Origin: Tubiluchus corallicola
Taxonomy: Eukaryota; Animalia; Priapulida
Direction of reading: 5' to 3'
Assembly (NCBI GenBank): GCA_030141605.1
Contig: JAQGDQ010000425.1
Span: 1-64,000 of the forward strand
DNA length: 64,000 nt
The notes under the pieces are model-generated. The model was not told the origin of the DNA. It saw only the letters and a list, made by a program, of their open reading frames with translations, and ran no database searches. Positions 13,589 through 26,805 of the stretch are shown here, in pieces (positions within the stretch are counted from its first letter, which is position 1; the number at the start of each line of letters is the position of its first letter). The position numbers and the translations under genes were made by a program.

Positions 13589-14832
13589 CGTAATTACATG
13601 AGAGTAGGAACGGTCAGATGACATTGACCCATGATGCTAATGTAATTACATGAGAGTAGAAACGGTCAGATGACAATGACCCATGATGCTAATGTAATTA
13701 CATGAGAGTAGAAACGGTCAGATGACATTGACCCATGATGCTAATGTAATTACATGAGAGTAGAAGCGGTCAGATGACATTGACCCATGATGCTAATGTA
13801 ATTACATGAGAGTAGAAACGGTCAGATGACACTGACCCATGATGCTAATGTAATTACATGAGAGTAGAAACGGTCAGATGACATTGACCCATGATGCTAA
13901 TGTAATTACATGAGAGTAGAAACGGTCAGATGACATTGACCCATGATGCTAATGTAATTACATGAGAGTAGAAACGGTCAGATGACACTGACCCATGATG
14001 CTAATGTAATTACATGAGAGTAGAAACGGTCAGATGACATTGACCCATGATGCTAATGTAATTACATGAGAGTAGAAACGGTCAGATGACATTGACCCAT
14101 GATGCTAATGTAATTACATGAGAGTAGAAACGGTCAGATGACACTGACCCATGATGCTAATGTAATTACATGAGAGTAGAAACGGTCAGATGACATTGAC
14201 CCATGATGCTAATGTAATTACATGAGAGTAGAAACGGTCAGATGACATTGACCCATGATGTTAATGTAATGACATGAGAGTAGAAACGGTCAGATGACAT
14301 TGACCCATGATGTTAATGTAATTACATGAGAGTAGAAACGGTCAGATGACATTGACCCATGATGCTAATGTAATTACATGAGAGTAGAAACGGTCAGATG
14401 ACATTGACCCATGATGCTAATGTAATTACATGAGAGTAGAAACGGTCAGATGACATTGACCCATGATGCTAATGTAATTACATGAGAGTAGAAACGGTCA
14501 GATGACATTGACCCATGATGCTAATGTAATTACATGAGAGTAGAAACGGTCAGATGACATTGACCCATGATGCTAATGTAATTACATGAGAGTAGAAACG
14601 GTCAGATGACATTGACCCATGATGCTAATGTAATTACATGAGAGTAGAAACGGTCAGATGACATTGACCCATGATGCTAATGTAATTACATGAGAGTAGA
14701 AACGGTCAGATGACATTGACCCATGATGCTAATGTAATTACATGAGAGTAGAAACGGTCAGATGACATTGACCCATGATGCTAATGTAATTACATGAGAG
14801 TAGGAACGGTCAGATGACATTGACCCATGATG
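13589..14832. repeat. 52-bp minisatellite, about 24 near-identical copies, in a PNPLA8 intron
   Basis: Unit CATGAGAGTAGAAACGGTCAGATGACATTGACCCATGATGCTAATGTAATTA; unit starts at 13701, 13753 ... 13961, 14221. Confidence 0.97.
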
Positions 14833-15203
14833 CATTGTAAAAATTTCTTTGTTTTCTGTCTGCTCCTAGAGTTTCAAGTTAAATTGCGGTAACGATAGAT
14901 GCCAACCTTTTTTAACTTTATTTATTCTAAGAGGTTTTTAATCTTTCTTTGCAACTGCAAGACTAATTTTTTCTTGTAGCGCAGGCCGTCAAATAAACTG
15001 GAAAATAAGAAAAAATTTTGTTTCCTACACTGGGACGTAAGCTTATTTGATTTAGCTTTAGCTTTTTAATTTAAGATTACTATTAAGATTTACTAAAATT
15101 GCTCATTTATTTATTAATAAGATTATGACTGTGATTCCCATTGTTTATTTCAACAATTATTAGTACTACTTATTGTGGGTAATGTGTTGGGGAAAAAATT
15201 CTG

Positions 15204-15269
15204 TGGACTAGCCGGGATTTGAACCTGAGACCTGGGATTAGTACTCCCGTGCTGAGCTACCAGTCAAGC
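15204..15269 (-). mobile_element. tRNA-derived SINE head or tRNA pseudogene
   Basis: Minus strand GCTTGACTGGTAGCTCAGCACGGGAGTACTAATCCCAGGTCTCAGGTTCAAATCCCGGCTAGTCCA: A-box remnant TAGCTCAG and B-box GGTTCAAATCC; D-arm truncated. Confidence 0.6.
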
Positions 15270-15461
15270 AGCTTGAGATTTCGTCTTTGTAACAGTGTCT
15301 CTCTGTGCTAATGACAGTATTGGTATGCAAATGGTATCAACACTCCCAAATTAGCTGTCAACTGACTATATCAATAATGAATTAGATTATGATTGTAACT
15401 GAAATAAAAATTTTTCCTTTATATTATTAATTTGTGAGATTTGTGAATTGTTTTTGTTCAG

Positions 15462-15625
15462 GAACAGGCTATTTCTACTTTGCTTCGAATAAAAGAAGCA
15501 GCGAAGCGTGTTGGTGATGTAAAGCTTATGGAGCAATGTCGTATTGGTTTGTGCTTGCTCGGTTACACTGACATGATTAGAGGCCAAGGGATTAGAATCC
15601 TGTGCATCGATGGTGGTGGAACTAG
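15462..15625 (+). CDS. PNPLA8: PNPLA8 coding exon 2 (glycine-rich oxyanion motif)
   Basis: TTCAG|EQAISTLLRIKE...GIRILCIDGGGTR|GTAAAC. Confidence 0.93.
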
Positions 15626-17113
15626 GTAAACATTGAATAAGTTGATTAATCAGATTATGTGAGAAGTTTGTAAACAAACCTTGTTTACTTGTTTACACTT
15701 GGCAACCATCATACGTGAGGAATGTCAGGTACTATTTGTTTATGCTAAAAACCAAAAATATTTTTTTATTAGAACGCATTTTTTTTCATTTTATACACGT
15801 TTTTATGTTGGAAAAGTTTTGTAGCTGGTTTATTAGTCGAGGCACAGTTTGAATGAACGGCAAACTTTAGCCATTAGTCTGTCACTTCGACTTTTAAAAT
15901 GTAGATTTTATTAATTACAATTGTAAATAAAAGTGCTGCATTTGAAAAATACAAATTAGATAGTTAGATTGTTTTCAACCCCACAACAAAAACTAGCATT
16001 TTCACAAAATAAAAAAAGAACAAGCATTGTGTTGCTTTACTGGAGAGCAGGTTCATATTTCAACAGTAATTGTCATATTATATTATATTCCATATTTTAT
16101 AAATGTAAATATTTGCTGATTTTTAAAACAAAATCGTGTTTGAATGAAAAAACAATCAGAAAAATAAATTGTTTTAAACTTAGAGGAAGAAACAAAGTTT
16201 TATTATTCTATTTCAAACGAACGTTGCCAGCACTGATAAGCTGTGGTGAGCATTTTCTACCAAAAATTGAATTCGAATTGAATTTGTGACATCCGAACTT
16301 CAATCAAATCCTGTTTTAAAGATTTTTGAATAAATTTTCGTATCATTAATTAAAAACACAATCACAGGTTGCATGTTGTTTTGATTTTGCTCTGCAGTAA
16401 AAACAGTAATGATTTGTTTAAAAATTGTACCCAGCAGTTGCAGCTAAACTGTGCTGATTGCATGATGTTTCAAACATTCCATTGATAGAGAACATACATA
16501 GCTCAAGTGCTGAATTATTTTAAGCTATAATTTTATCAAATAATCAAATTTGAACTAAAAAACTTTTTGGAATTGAATTTGAACGTTCAGTTTACATGCA
16601 TACTGACGAGTGATGACAATTAAAACAGTTATTTTAGTTGGGGCTAAGTAGATGGTTGTGGTAGAGTTTGCAACAATCAAGCAGCTTTGCAGAGCTTTGA
16701 AAATCCTTACATTTTAAGTTGGATTCTACGAACTGGATTCAGCACTTAGTAAAATTGAGCTTACTTAGTATAGATGGTTATGGCAGGACTGGCATTTAGT
16801 TACCAAGTGTAATCTTCCAATGTGAGACTCTGAAGCCCACCAGGTGTGTTATCTACATTTGGATTCGTATGCATTTTCTTTCAGTTAGGTAAACTGTAGC
16901 CATGACACATGAAACTGTTCAGGCGGCATTGTGAAAGTTATCACCCATCCACTTACTGACAAGACTTCGAGTTGTTCAACTGACTAAATCTTAGTTGCCA
17001 AGTACACATTGCAACCACTCACTATAGTCCTTGTAATGGACAACCAACACAAATGTATTAAAATAAATATTTATTGGTTATTCTTAAAGTAAACAGTAAA
17101 TTGTTTATTTTAG

Positions 17114-17316
17114 GGGTGTCGTCACACTGGAAATTCTCAAGTATTTAGACGCACTGACTGACAAACCACTTTACCAACTGTTTGATTATGTTTGTGGAGT
17201 AAGTACAGGCGCATTGATTGCATCACTAATTGCTATCAATCAGATCTCCCTTGCTGATGCGGAATACAGGTACAAAACACTGAGCGCTGACGTCTTCAAG
17301 CAAGATACCTGGACAG
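17114..17316 (+). CDS. PNPLA8: PNPLA8 coding exon 3 (catalytic serine)
   Basis: GVVTLEILK...LFDYVCGVSTGALIA (GxSxG lipase motif); AG/GTAAGT boundaries in phase. Confidence 0.95.
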
Positions 17317-17616
17317 GTAAGTAATAAATGCCATAGTAACTGTAGATTTTTTGCGCTTGTTTAACAAAGCAAAAATAACGAGTATTTATGTTGCATATTC
17401 TGAGATTGTTTATTATTGATATAAGAAACGAACATGTATTGGACATTTTTATTCAAATTTGTCTGAAAAAGAAATATAAAAAAGTCAGACTGAAACTGGA
17501 TCTGAACTAGGAACGTTTGAACATACATCATTGGGTTAATTAGCACTTGAAAATATTGAATATGTTTTGTGTTAATTATTATTATTATATAATCTTTATT
17601 ATAGTATGTGATAAAT

Positions 17617-18233
17617 GAAAACCGGACGTAATCTTAAACCATAGATCAAAACAACCTATTTTTTAAAATATTGAAAGGGGACCTACTATTTTTTCAAGAA
17701 TGACTTACGTGAAAGAATTATTACCAAACACAATTTCGCCTTTGTGCCACTAGTTCGTTGCTGTTGTATGCATTTCACCATTCACTGGTTAATCAGGTTC
17801 TAGTGCCAATATTTCGGAAACGCATTGCACAAAAGATACGTGCTGTACCTCTCAGTTTACAGGTGCTGATCTGTGACGTAGTACACACGTTCGACGGCTC
17901 ATGCGTGAGCACAGCGGCAAATTTTGAAATTTGAATCTTTATGTTAAAACTTTCCGAGTTTTAGTGCAACACACTGAATATTTTATAGTAGCACTGCACT
18001 TCAATTTTCGCTTTTGCAAACACGTGCAACGGGCTCGTATAACATTTTTGATGTTGAAAATTATGTTGGTTATGATGTTCATCAATAGTGGGCTCATCCG
18101 CCTTTAATTAAGTTTTCAATCTATTGTTTAATTTAAAAAAATGCTTTTCCAGTATTTTTGGTGCTAAAATGTATACTTTTTGCTGTACTTAGAAATGGGG
18201 TAGGATATGAAAAATCATCCTGTCTTCCTTTAA
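17617..18233 (+). mobile_element. Dispersed non-autonomous DNA element (Kolobok-like TTAAAG...CTTTAA ends), copy 1
   Basis: Colinear similarity to 62386-63020 (e.g. ATTTCGGAAACGCATTGCACAAA, CTGTACCTCTCAGTT, AAAATCATCCT); ends with CTTCCTTTAA. Confidence 0.7.
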
Positions 18234-18242
18234 TTTATGTAG

Positions 18243-18364
18243 GCAGGAGATCATTGGTTATGACCCATGCTTATTATGACACTATGAAATGGCAGGCCAC
18301 TCTCAAGGAAAATGTCGGAGAATCGCTGATGATTGCAGCTGCTGCTAAACCAGAGTGTCCTAAA
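18243..18364 (+). CDS. PNPLA8: PNPLA8 coding exon 4
   Basis: GRRSLVMTHAYYDTMKWQATLKENVGESLMI...PECPK|GTAAGT. Confidence 0.9.
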
Positions 18365-18601
18365 GTAAGTTCAGCTATGCAAACATTTATTGATTTTTGA
18401 AAAGCACATTAAACAATTTGCATTGAGTTTTGTTTTGCCTGGGAAGTACGAACCATCTAAAATTTGTCACATCTCCTGGCAGCTGGAATTCTAACAGCAC
18501 TTAGCAATAAGGATGGCCTACTAACAAGAGTTACTAGATAAATAGTTCTATACAAATATGAACTGAAGTAATTTTGTTGTCGTTTTTTTTGTTTTGATTT
18601 G

Positions 18602-18766
18602 CAGTCAAACTCCTTTATACTGCTGACACAAAAGTCTTCTAGTGAGTTTGGCATTTACAACGAGGTGCATTAATACATACATGTCTATGCAAATGCAGAT
18701 ATTTTTTTGCTGAAAATTTAAGCGACATTGGCATTTATAAAGGGAGGCTATAATGAAGTTTGACTG
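18602..18766. mobile_element. Small Tc1/pogo-type MITE
   Basis: Terminal inverted repeats CAGTCAAACT ... AGTTTGACTG followed by TA. Confidence 0.5.
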
Positions 18767-19124
18767 TATTTATTTGAGACTAAATTATAATTCTTTTTAT
18801 TATTACTAAGTTGTGCAGTGCTGTTTCTGAAAGTTAGTTACTGTAGTAAATCATTCCTAAGCATTTTACTATCACAAATGGCTATATTATGTGATTGTGC
18901 TACTAATGTAATGTGTAGTTAGTAATCTAGAAATGTGTTAATATCTTTAGCATTATTAGCAGAAAGCAATTTGGTCAAATGTAAAAGTCACGGAGAGCTT
19001 GTTCCAGGTTATTTTCAGCTTTACATATATTCAAAAATGCAAACAATCTCTGCAGAACGGGTGTCTTTTGTTGAGGTGATGCTCTTTGATATTTGCAATT
19101 TGTAAGTAATTTCTGTTTGTTCAG

Positions 19125-19316
19125 ATGGGCGTTATATCAGCAGTCGTTAACAAACCTCACATCTGTTCGTACGTTTTCCGGAACTACAATCATCCTCCCT
19201 CGGTCCAATCCCATTATCCGGGAAGCTGTCACTACAGACAGTGGGAAGCCATACAAGCATCTGCCGCTGCGCCCGGATACTTTGAGGAAGTTCGACTAGG
19301 AGACAACCTGCATCAG
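19125..19316 (+). CDS. PNPLA8: PNPLA8 coding exon 5
   Basis: YVFRNYNHPP...WEAIQASAAAPGYFEE...LHQ|GTAAGT (conserved patatin SAAAPxYF). Confidence 0.95.
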
Positions 19317-19389
19317 GTAAGTTTTTAATTTTATTAATGAATACGTTGGCTTTTCCGGACTAGTTGATTTAATCTCTTTACTCTCTACG

Positions 19390-19860
19390 CATGTCTGGCC
19401 AATACTGGTACAGCATGTTCTAAGTACAACCGGACATGTCTGGTCAATACCGGTACAGCATGTTCTAAGTACAACCTGACATGTCTGGTAAATACGGGTA
19501 TGGCATGTTCTAAGTACAACCGGACATGTCTGGCCAATACCGGTACAGCATGTTCTAAGTACAACCGAACATGTCTATCCAATAACGGCACGGCATGTTC
19601 TAAGTACAACCGAACATGTCTGACCAATACTGGTACAGCATGTTCTAAGTACAACCGAACATGTCTATCCAATACCGGTATGACATGTTCTAAGTACAAC
19701 CGAACATGTCTGACCAATACTGGTACAGCATGTTCTAAGTACAACCGAACATGTCTATCCAATACTGGTACAGCATGTTCTAAGTACATCTGAACATGTC
19801 TGGCCAATACCGGTACAGCAGGTTCTAAGTACAACCGAACATGTCTATCCAATACCGGTA
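19390..19860. repeat. 45-bp minisatellite, about 10.5 copies, in a PNPLA8 intron
   Basis: Unit CATGTCTGGCCAATACYGGTACAGCATGTTCTAAGTACAACCGRA; explains the spurious 15-aa-repeat ORFs. Confidence 0.95.
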
Positions 19861-20571
19861 ACTGGAGAAATGCAGAACTATAAACCACATCATATACACT
19901 CATATCTCCGTTTGCCGGCCTGGCTTTTACATATATCGGAAAAATCAGACAAAACCTGAACCGTTAAAAGTCCCGCATACTATGAACACAGTCCGTTGTT
20001 TTGCGAGCTGACTGCTAATTGGTGGGCTGTCACTTTGTTTACATCATTGCATCAGTGCAACCAGGCAGTGTGTAACGACACGTGTGTAGCTTGTATGACA
20101 GTAGCGGCCCGTACTAGACGTTTTTGAGGCAATTAATTGTACATTACCATGACCTTAATACACGACACCTGCTGTATCAAAAAATTTCAGCCCGACAACT
20201 CCCCGATGAGTGTATAAGGTAAAATTTTTACATTTCTTTGCAATTTATTCTAGCTATATCATGTTTATTTTGACAATTTAAAATTCTACTCTTTTGATTT
20301 GTAATGACATTTGTACCTTAGTATTTTAGTATCATCAGATTATTAATAATTACATGTTTTTGGCTTTGTCACAGCCGAAACAATCATCTGCCCTCAATTA
20401 ACATGTTGTGTATTGTAAAATCTTTCCAGTCATTTAAATGAAGACTTTTAGAAATCAGTATCTAAAGTAAATTGTCACTCGGTGCTAGACAGCAGTCACT
20501 TACACTTATAAAATGTCCCGCATTTCTGCTTCTGTATGAAGAACAAATAATATTATCATGTTTGTTTTCAG

Positions 20572-20770
20572 GATGGTGGAATGTTAATGAACAATCCGAC
20601 AGCCATTGCAATACATGAAAGTAGATTGCTGTGGCCTAATAAAGCCATACAGTGCGTGATATCAGTCGGCAATGGTAGATATGAACCACAACAAGTTACT
20701 TCGGAAACAAGTTTTAGTTCACTCAAGACAAAGGTCACCAAGGTGCTTGCAAGTGCTACAGATACTGAGG
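20572..20770 (+). CDS. PNPLA8: PNPLA8 coding exon 6 (catalytic aspartate)
   Basis: DGGMLMNNPTAIAIHESRLLWP...CVISVGNG...ATDTE. Confidence 0.95.
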
Positions 20771-21622
20771 GTACGTTGCAGCTGTTTTAGTGACGTTTTC
20801 TAAAGTAATTTAAGTGTTGATTAACGAAAGGATGAGGAAAGTTACCAAAGTCATCTTGGCATAACATTTTATAGTACTAGCAAGCTTGAGTGACTTCACT
20901 GTAGAATTTTTGTAAATTTCCAGGTTATTCGCATGTAACAAATATAATAATTGTGTAAAAATGCTAACTTGCAAAGTTGCTTTTCACATCTCTAACTGAT
21001 ATTACAAAGTTCTGTGCATTAAACACACAGGAAAACAAGACATTCCAGCTCCCTGTAGGCTTCTTTTCTTTCGAGAAGAAACATTATTTATTATGAAAAG
21101 TGATCACGTATACAGCTAGGATAATTAACACTTCATAAAGGCTACCAGCCTCTTTTTGTCACAACTCCATTCAACTTTTCACTCTGTTAGTTATTATGTC
21201 TGAAAATTAATATCTTATGGCAGCGCAGAACTTGTACGAACATAAAATGCAGCAAATGGAAACAAATAAAAATTTTACTCGGCCATGAAATAAATGCAAG
21301 TCAATGATTGATTAATCATTAAACAAAATAAGCATGTGGTTAGGACCTCAGGCGAAGAGGGGGGCCAGACGGTTTTTTCTAATCGAATAACTACCCAAAA
21401 GTAAAATATATCAGAATACGTGTGGCAGTTTCTGTGTTTGTATAGAGCATGACGGTACGGATTGATTATATAATGTGTCATAATATATTTCAAGTGTGGT
21501 AATGCTTATAAGAATGTGGTGATACTGAAAACAGAATAATGTTACTTTTCATTGTATGTATTTTATCACATGGTGGTGGATAATCACAAGGTATACCTTG
21601 TGAGCTCACTAGGTGAGTTCTA

Positions 21623-22330
21623 AGTACGGGGTACCATACTGAGTACGGGTACCATACTGAGTACGGGGTACCATACTGAGTACGGGGTACCATACTGAGC
21701 ACTGGGTATCATACTGAGTGCGGGTACCATACTGAGTACGGGTACCATACTGAGTACGGGTACCATACTGAGTACGGGTACCATACTGAGTACGGGGTAC
21801 CATACTGAGTACGGGGTATCATACTGAGTACGGGGTACCATACTGAGTGCGGGGTATCATACCGAGTACGGGGTACCATACTGAGTGCGGGGTACCATAC
21901 TGAGTACGGGGTACCATACTGAGTACGGGTATCATACTGAGTACAGGGTACCATACTGAGTACGGGGTACCATACTGAGTACGGGTATCATACTGAGTAC
22001 AGGGTACCATACTGAGTACGGGGTACCATACTGAGTACGGGGTATCATACTGAGTACGGGGTACCATACTGAGTATGGGGTACCATACTGAGTACGGGGT
22101 ACCATACTGAGTACGGGGTATCATACTGAGTACGGGTACCATACTGAGTACGGGGTACCATACTGAGTACGGAGTATCATACTGAGTACGGGGTACCATA
22201 CTGAGTACGGGTATCATACTGAGTACGGGGTACCGTACTGAGTACGGGGTACCATACTGAGTACGGGGTACCATACTGAGTACGGGTATCATACTGAGTA
22301 CGGGGTACCATACTGAGTACGGGGTACCAT
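21623..22330. repeat. 18/19-bp minisatellite, about 37 copies, in the last PNPLA8 intron
   Basis: Unit GTACGGG(G)TAYCATACTGA. Confidence 0.96.
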
Positions 22331-22436
22331 GATCTTTTAATTGCTTTAGGTCACTTGAAATCCTAATTCGGCCCTGAATAAATATGGAGTTTGATGCAGT
22401 ATAAACATAAATTACAATTTCATGATTGCTTTACAG

Positions 22437-22690
22437 GCATTCACACAACACTTCAAGATCTACTACCCCCATCAGTTTATTTCCGCTTCAATCCGTACTT
22501 GTCTGAGGAGATTATGTTAGATGAAGTGCGCCCTGAAAAGCTAGAGGCACTACAACACGACGCACAAATGTACATACGTAAGAACGACTTTAAACTTCGC
22601 AACGCCATGGCACAGCTATCAAAGGAAAGCTCATTTTTGATAAAATGCTATGATTGGTTGAAATTTAAGCGGGACATGATTGGCTATTAA
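22437..22690 (+). CDS. PNPLA8: PNPLA8 terminal coding exon
   Basis: IHTTLQDLLPPSVYFRFNPYLSEEIMLDE...stop TAA; the seven exons sum to 2160 nt (719 aa plus stop). Confidence 0.93.
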
Positions 22691-25600
22691 AATGTGATGT
22701 AACAATAAGTTACTGTATCGTGCATAATTTCCCAGTGAAAAATTAGAACAGTTCAGTTTTTTATGTTTAAGTTTATTTATTATTTTAGCTTAAATTATTT
22801 TTTTATACGCCTATTTTACAATATGCGCACTGCCCTGTAACATGTAACATCCGTAAGTGGTAGTGTTGTTGAACTAGAAGTGTAACAACTAAATGTTTTG
22901 TAAATTTAACCTGTCTCATAAAGGGTTTGTAAGTCATTATCATAGCTAAATCGTTTATCTTATAAGATATTCATGCAGTGTACTCTCGTTTATAAATATT
23001 AATTTCCGGTTTAACCTGCGCGTGTAATCAAAAAGCTCGATTAATAGTAATACAGATGCTACATAATTTTATGTTAAATATTTGTGACAAATTTGCCAAC
23101 CAATTTTGTAACAAATTACAAAAAGATAAGAAGGCATAAGACAGTTTTTGTGAAAAACATTTTGCTAAACGACTTTCTATCTCAAATGTGTAACTGCAGC
23201 TGAGGTTTCTTTGCTTTGTCATTGTGCTTGTTTCTTAGTGTTTATCATTTTTACTTTGTAGTAATAAACTTTGCTGATATATATGACAAGACAGAGATGA
23301 ATTAGTTTTGGTAATGCAGTGAATGTACTTACTGCTACCAGCTGCAGCAAATAACTGTTACTCTGCTACCATTCAATGGATCACACCATTAAGGATACCA
23401 GGTGCTGTTTTAATGGAAACTTTACACAGTATGTAATAATATATAAATAATCTGCTGAAGGATAATTGAGAGTACACAGTATACATTTTTTTATTAATAA
23501 ATTATTATAAAATAAACTGATGATAAATTAATGCATAGCTAGTCTATAATATTATTAATCGTAAATGTTCATTTAAAAATTTTAACTGAAATGCCCAGGT
23601 GATTGTTGGTACAAGCATAAAGCTGTCTAAAATGTTCTTGGCCAGCTTCATGGCTCTGTGTACCTGTTCCTTGATTTGCTGTATTTAACCCATATAATCT
23701 CCAGTACTATAATCAGTTTGGTTTCTGCTTTACCTTTTGACATTTGCAAATCAAAAACCAATCAGTTGACGATATTAAGTTTTTTTTGTAGCAATTCTGG
23801 TCTTTTATATTTATAACACCATTGTTTTGTACAAGAATATGGCTCTCCTTTCTTGTAGCAGTGCCGGTACTGTGTTACCTACCATGCACATTGTTGTTTC
23901 TCTTTTCAATAGTTGTGCGATTGCTTGCTTGTCCTTAACTTCTGATCTGAGTTAACTTCTTTGTTATCTTCTGATCTTAAATGGTAAAGTATGTTGTGGA
24001 TAAGAATATATCAGAAAAGTGAAACATTTGTACCGTGTCTGAAAATATGTAACTCCTGATGATGTACCCTGTTTTTGCAAACTGACTGTCCAGTATCCAG
24101 CTTTGCATGGACTAACTACAATTAAATATGGCCTGTTGGCCATTACCTTAGCCCAACATTAACACAAAATCCTTATTATCAATCTAGTCACATCTGTTTC
24201 TGGGATCAGCCGTGGAAATCTCTTGCCCCTCAAATGCCAGTTGATACATTAAGCTTTTTTGCTTTAAATAATATAATCATTTTGATGCTTCTTGTCACGC
24301 TTTTTCCACAGTCATTCCCGGTTGTTGGACAGCAGCTTATTTTTCTGCTAAGTCAGTCTCACTCACAGTTAAAAAGAACATCTACAGTTTGCTGCTCTTA
24401 CCATTTCATTGTCGGAAGTTTGATTTTCAGGACCTGTACTTTCACTTTCACTCTCAAAGAAATATTGTTTCTAGTATCAATCATTATAATCTAAAATGTC
24501 AACTTTTAATGTATGGAACTAACTTAACATACAACATAAGGTAACATAAGTAAAATCAATTTTATGTTAAACTGATTAGAATCGCTCGTATTGCAGTGTT
24601 AATTCTCATGACAAAATGATCATTGTCCGTATCTAAAAAGTTATAAGACACTTTTGTATAATGAAGGTGAATTTCAGATTAATCATTTAATCATTTGTGA
24701 CACTGATCAGCTTTGTCTTCCTGTACAAAACATGTTGTATTTTATGATCTAGAATTTTAATGTAAGTGGCAATGATCAGACCAACCAGAATGAAAATTAT
24801 CCAACGTCTTAGAAGCAAGCAAGCAAGCACGTTTTCCATTTTGGTCTCATCTGTTCTATGATATTCTAGAAATAAAGTTGTTAAAAGCATCAACCAGTAT
24901 TCTTTTTATTAAATAAAAGTTAAGCACATTACTATTGTGACACTTAATCACTTACGCTTCTTTTAATTACTTATCAACAGGTGGCACCAACTGTCTTTCT
25001 ATTATTTGTAACCGTCGTCACTTAGAAACAATTTTGCTAAATTCCTAAACACTAGCAAGCGTGCACAATGTTGTTCTTCGTAGCCATATGTTTTACACAA
25101 GTCGTCATAGTTTAAGCTACATTAGCCTTAAATAGTTCACAAGTGTCTTTCTGGATGGCAGTAGTCACATTGCAAACACTTCTCTATGTAAAATAATAAA
25201 AACATTTTTGATAAAGTCGAAATTTGTGTACGTAAATTCGTACACGTATAGGCTATGTCTCGAAAAGATAATTTACGATTTGAAATACAATGAAACCTCT
25301 ACAAGCCCACCCTTTAGAATGCCAACTTCGTTTAACGCACACATTTTTTATATTTCTACTGATTAATGTCTTCCTGTTTGCCTGAAACCAGCTATTAATT
25401 TTACTTACCAATACCTAGCTATAATGGTTTCTCTTTCGTTAATGTTTAAGCCTAGTCGGTGGTTGGATAATAAACACAGCAGAGTCAAGCCCTGGGGCTA
25501 CCTTGGGAATTTTACCTACATACTTTTTAGTCTGGTTGCTACAGCAACAGGATGCAGCCAATTTTGCTCGCTGATCACTTGATACACAAACCAATTGGCA

Positions 25601-25930
25601 AGGAAAAACATGTATAATAATTACATTGTTTACATTAACAGTGCATCTTTAGAACAGAATAACGCAATAAGTGCTGTTTTAATGCAACAAATTAGGTAAA
25701 AACTTTGTTAATCAAATAAAAGTTTGCATTGAGTAAAGTAAAAAAATTGTCGTTAAAGCGAAACCTTCATTGTTAAGTGAAAAGTGTCAAATGATCGGCG
25801 TCGTTAAAACGGGGAGTCGTTAAGCGAGGACTTACTTTCTATGTTAGTAGCGCCTTGTTTCTGCCATCTCGAAGTGAACGGTATACAACCCGAGGTTTGA
25901 CTATTTCTCCATTCAATCAAGTACGTCTCT

Positions 25931-26185
25931 ATATATTCTGTATGCGTAGATATGAATCTACGCATACAGAATTTCAGCTCACTGCTAATATGGCGGTAAA
26001 GCTCTTATACACTTGTAAACTATAGGTAAAATTTAACACTCCTAGCTAAAGGGAAAACCTGCTGTTTAGTTATAAATCAGCAAGTTCCGACTGATTTCAA
26101 TTGTACTGCCATAATAATGGAAGCTTGTCGCTTGCTTAAACAATAGCAAAGGAGACTGACCTCCTTAAAATCAGTGACGCAGGTA
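25931..26185 (+). mobile_element. HINE/Helentron-like element, 5' fragment (copy 1)
   Basis: About 255 bp nearly identical to 35732-35987; begins with a perfect 17-bp stem ATTCTGTATGCGTAGAT-atga-ATCTACGCATACAGAAT. Confidence 0.7.
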
Positions 26186-26188
26186 TAT

Positions 26189-26805
26189 TATATAGGAGAC
26201 GCGTAAAACAGCTTAACCACTTTCACATGGGCTATCTGAGGAAAATCCTGCACATCAAGTGGCATGACAAGGTGACAGACACAGAGGTACTTAAAAGAGC
26301 TGACATCCCCAGCATCCATACACTCCTCCTCAAAACACAAGTTCGGTGCGCAGGACATGTGATTCGCATGCCAGACAACCGCATACCAAAGAAGATGCTC
26401 TATGGAGAACTTGTGTCTGGAAAGAGAAAGGTTGGACGACCAAGGAAACGCTTCAAAAACAGCCTGAAGGCCTCACTGATGGAACTCAGCATGGATATCC
26501 GCTCTATGGAAACCCTTGCACAAGATCGCTCAGCATGGCGGAGTGCCATCACCACAGGGGCTAAGATAGCAGAGGCGAAAAGAATTGAGGAGGCAAAGGA
26601 GAAGCGCAGGAGACGCAAGGCATGTGACACTGCCCAACAACAGGTCCAAACACCCAGCCTCACCTGTGCCAAATGCCAAAGAAGTTTCCAGGCCAGAATT
26701 GGCCTAGTCAGTCACCTTCGAGCTCATCAAAGGAATGACAACCCCCCAAACTGACCTTTTATCCCTGTCACTATGGTCATCTTCGATTCGAAGGACGAAC
26801 ATCAT
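26189..26805 (+). mobile_element. 5'-truncated RTE-clade non-LTR retrotransposon
   Basis: ORF 26227-26754 has RTE C-terminal motifs (LRKILHIKWHDKVTD, RIPKKMLYGEL, GRPRKRF) and a terminal C2H2 finger CAKCQRSF..IGLVSHLRAH; 3' end GGTCATCTTCGATTCGAAGGACGAAC(ATC)n; target-site duplication CAGGTATAT at 26180-26188 and 26806-26814. Confidence 0.9.

Noticed and set aside
13589-14832. CRISPR array or tandem hammerhead (retrozyme) reading of the 52-bp repeat, which contains GAAAC, CAGATGA and hairpins
   Set aside because: Units are contiguous with no unique spacers, the context is a eukaryotic intron with no cas genes, and there is no CUGANGA-stem II-GAAA in the correct order.
15204-15269. Functional tRNA gene
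   Set aside because: D-arm and anticodon arm are incomplete; treated as a SINE head or pseudogene.
19385-22292. Repetitive ORFs (HVRLYLEHAVPVL, VPRTQYGT, CSKYNRTC)
   Set aside because: They are translations of intronic minisatellites inside PNPLA8, open in several frames and without splice support.
23600-24490. Coding-like minus-strand stretch downstream of PNPLA8
   Set aside because: Many stops and frameshifts and no motif I can assign; possibly an old transposon, not supportable as a feature.
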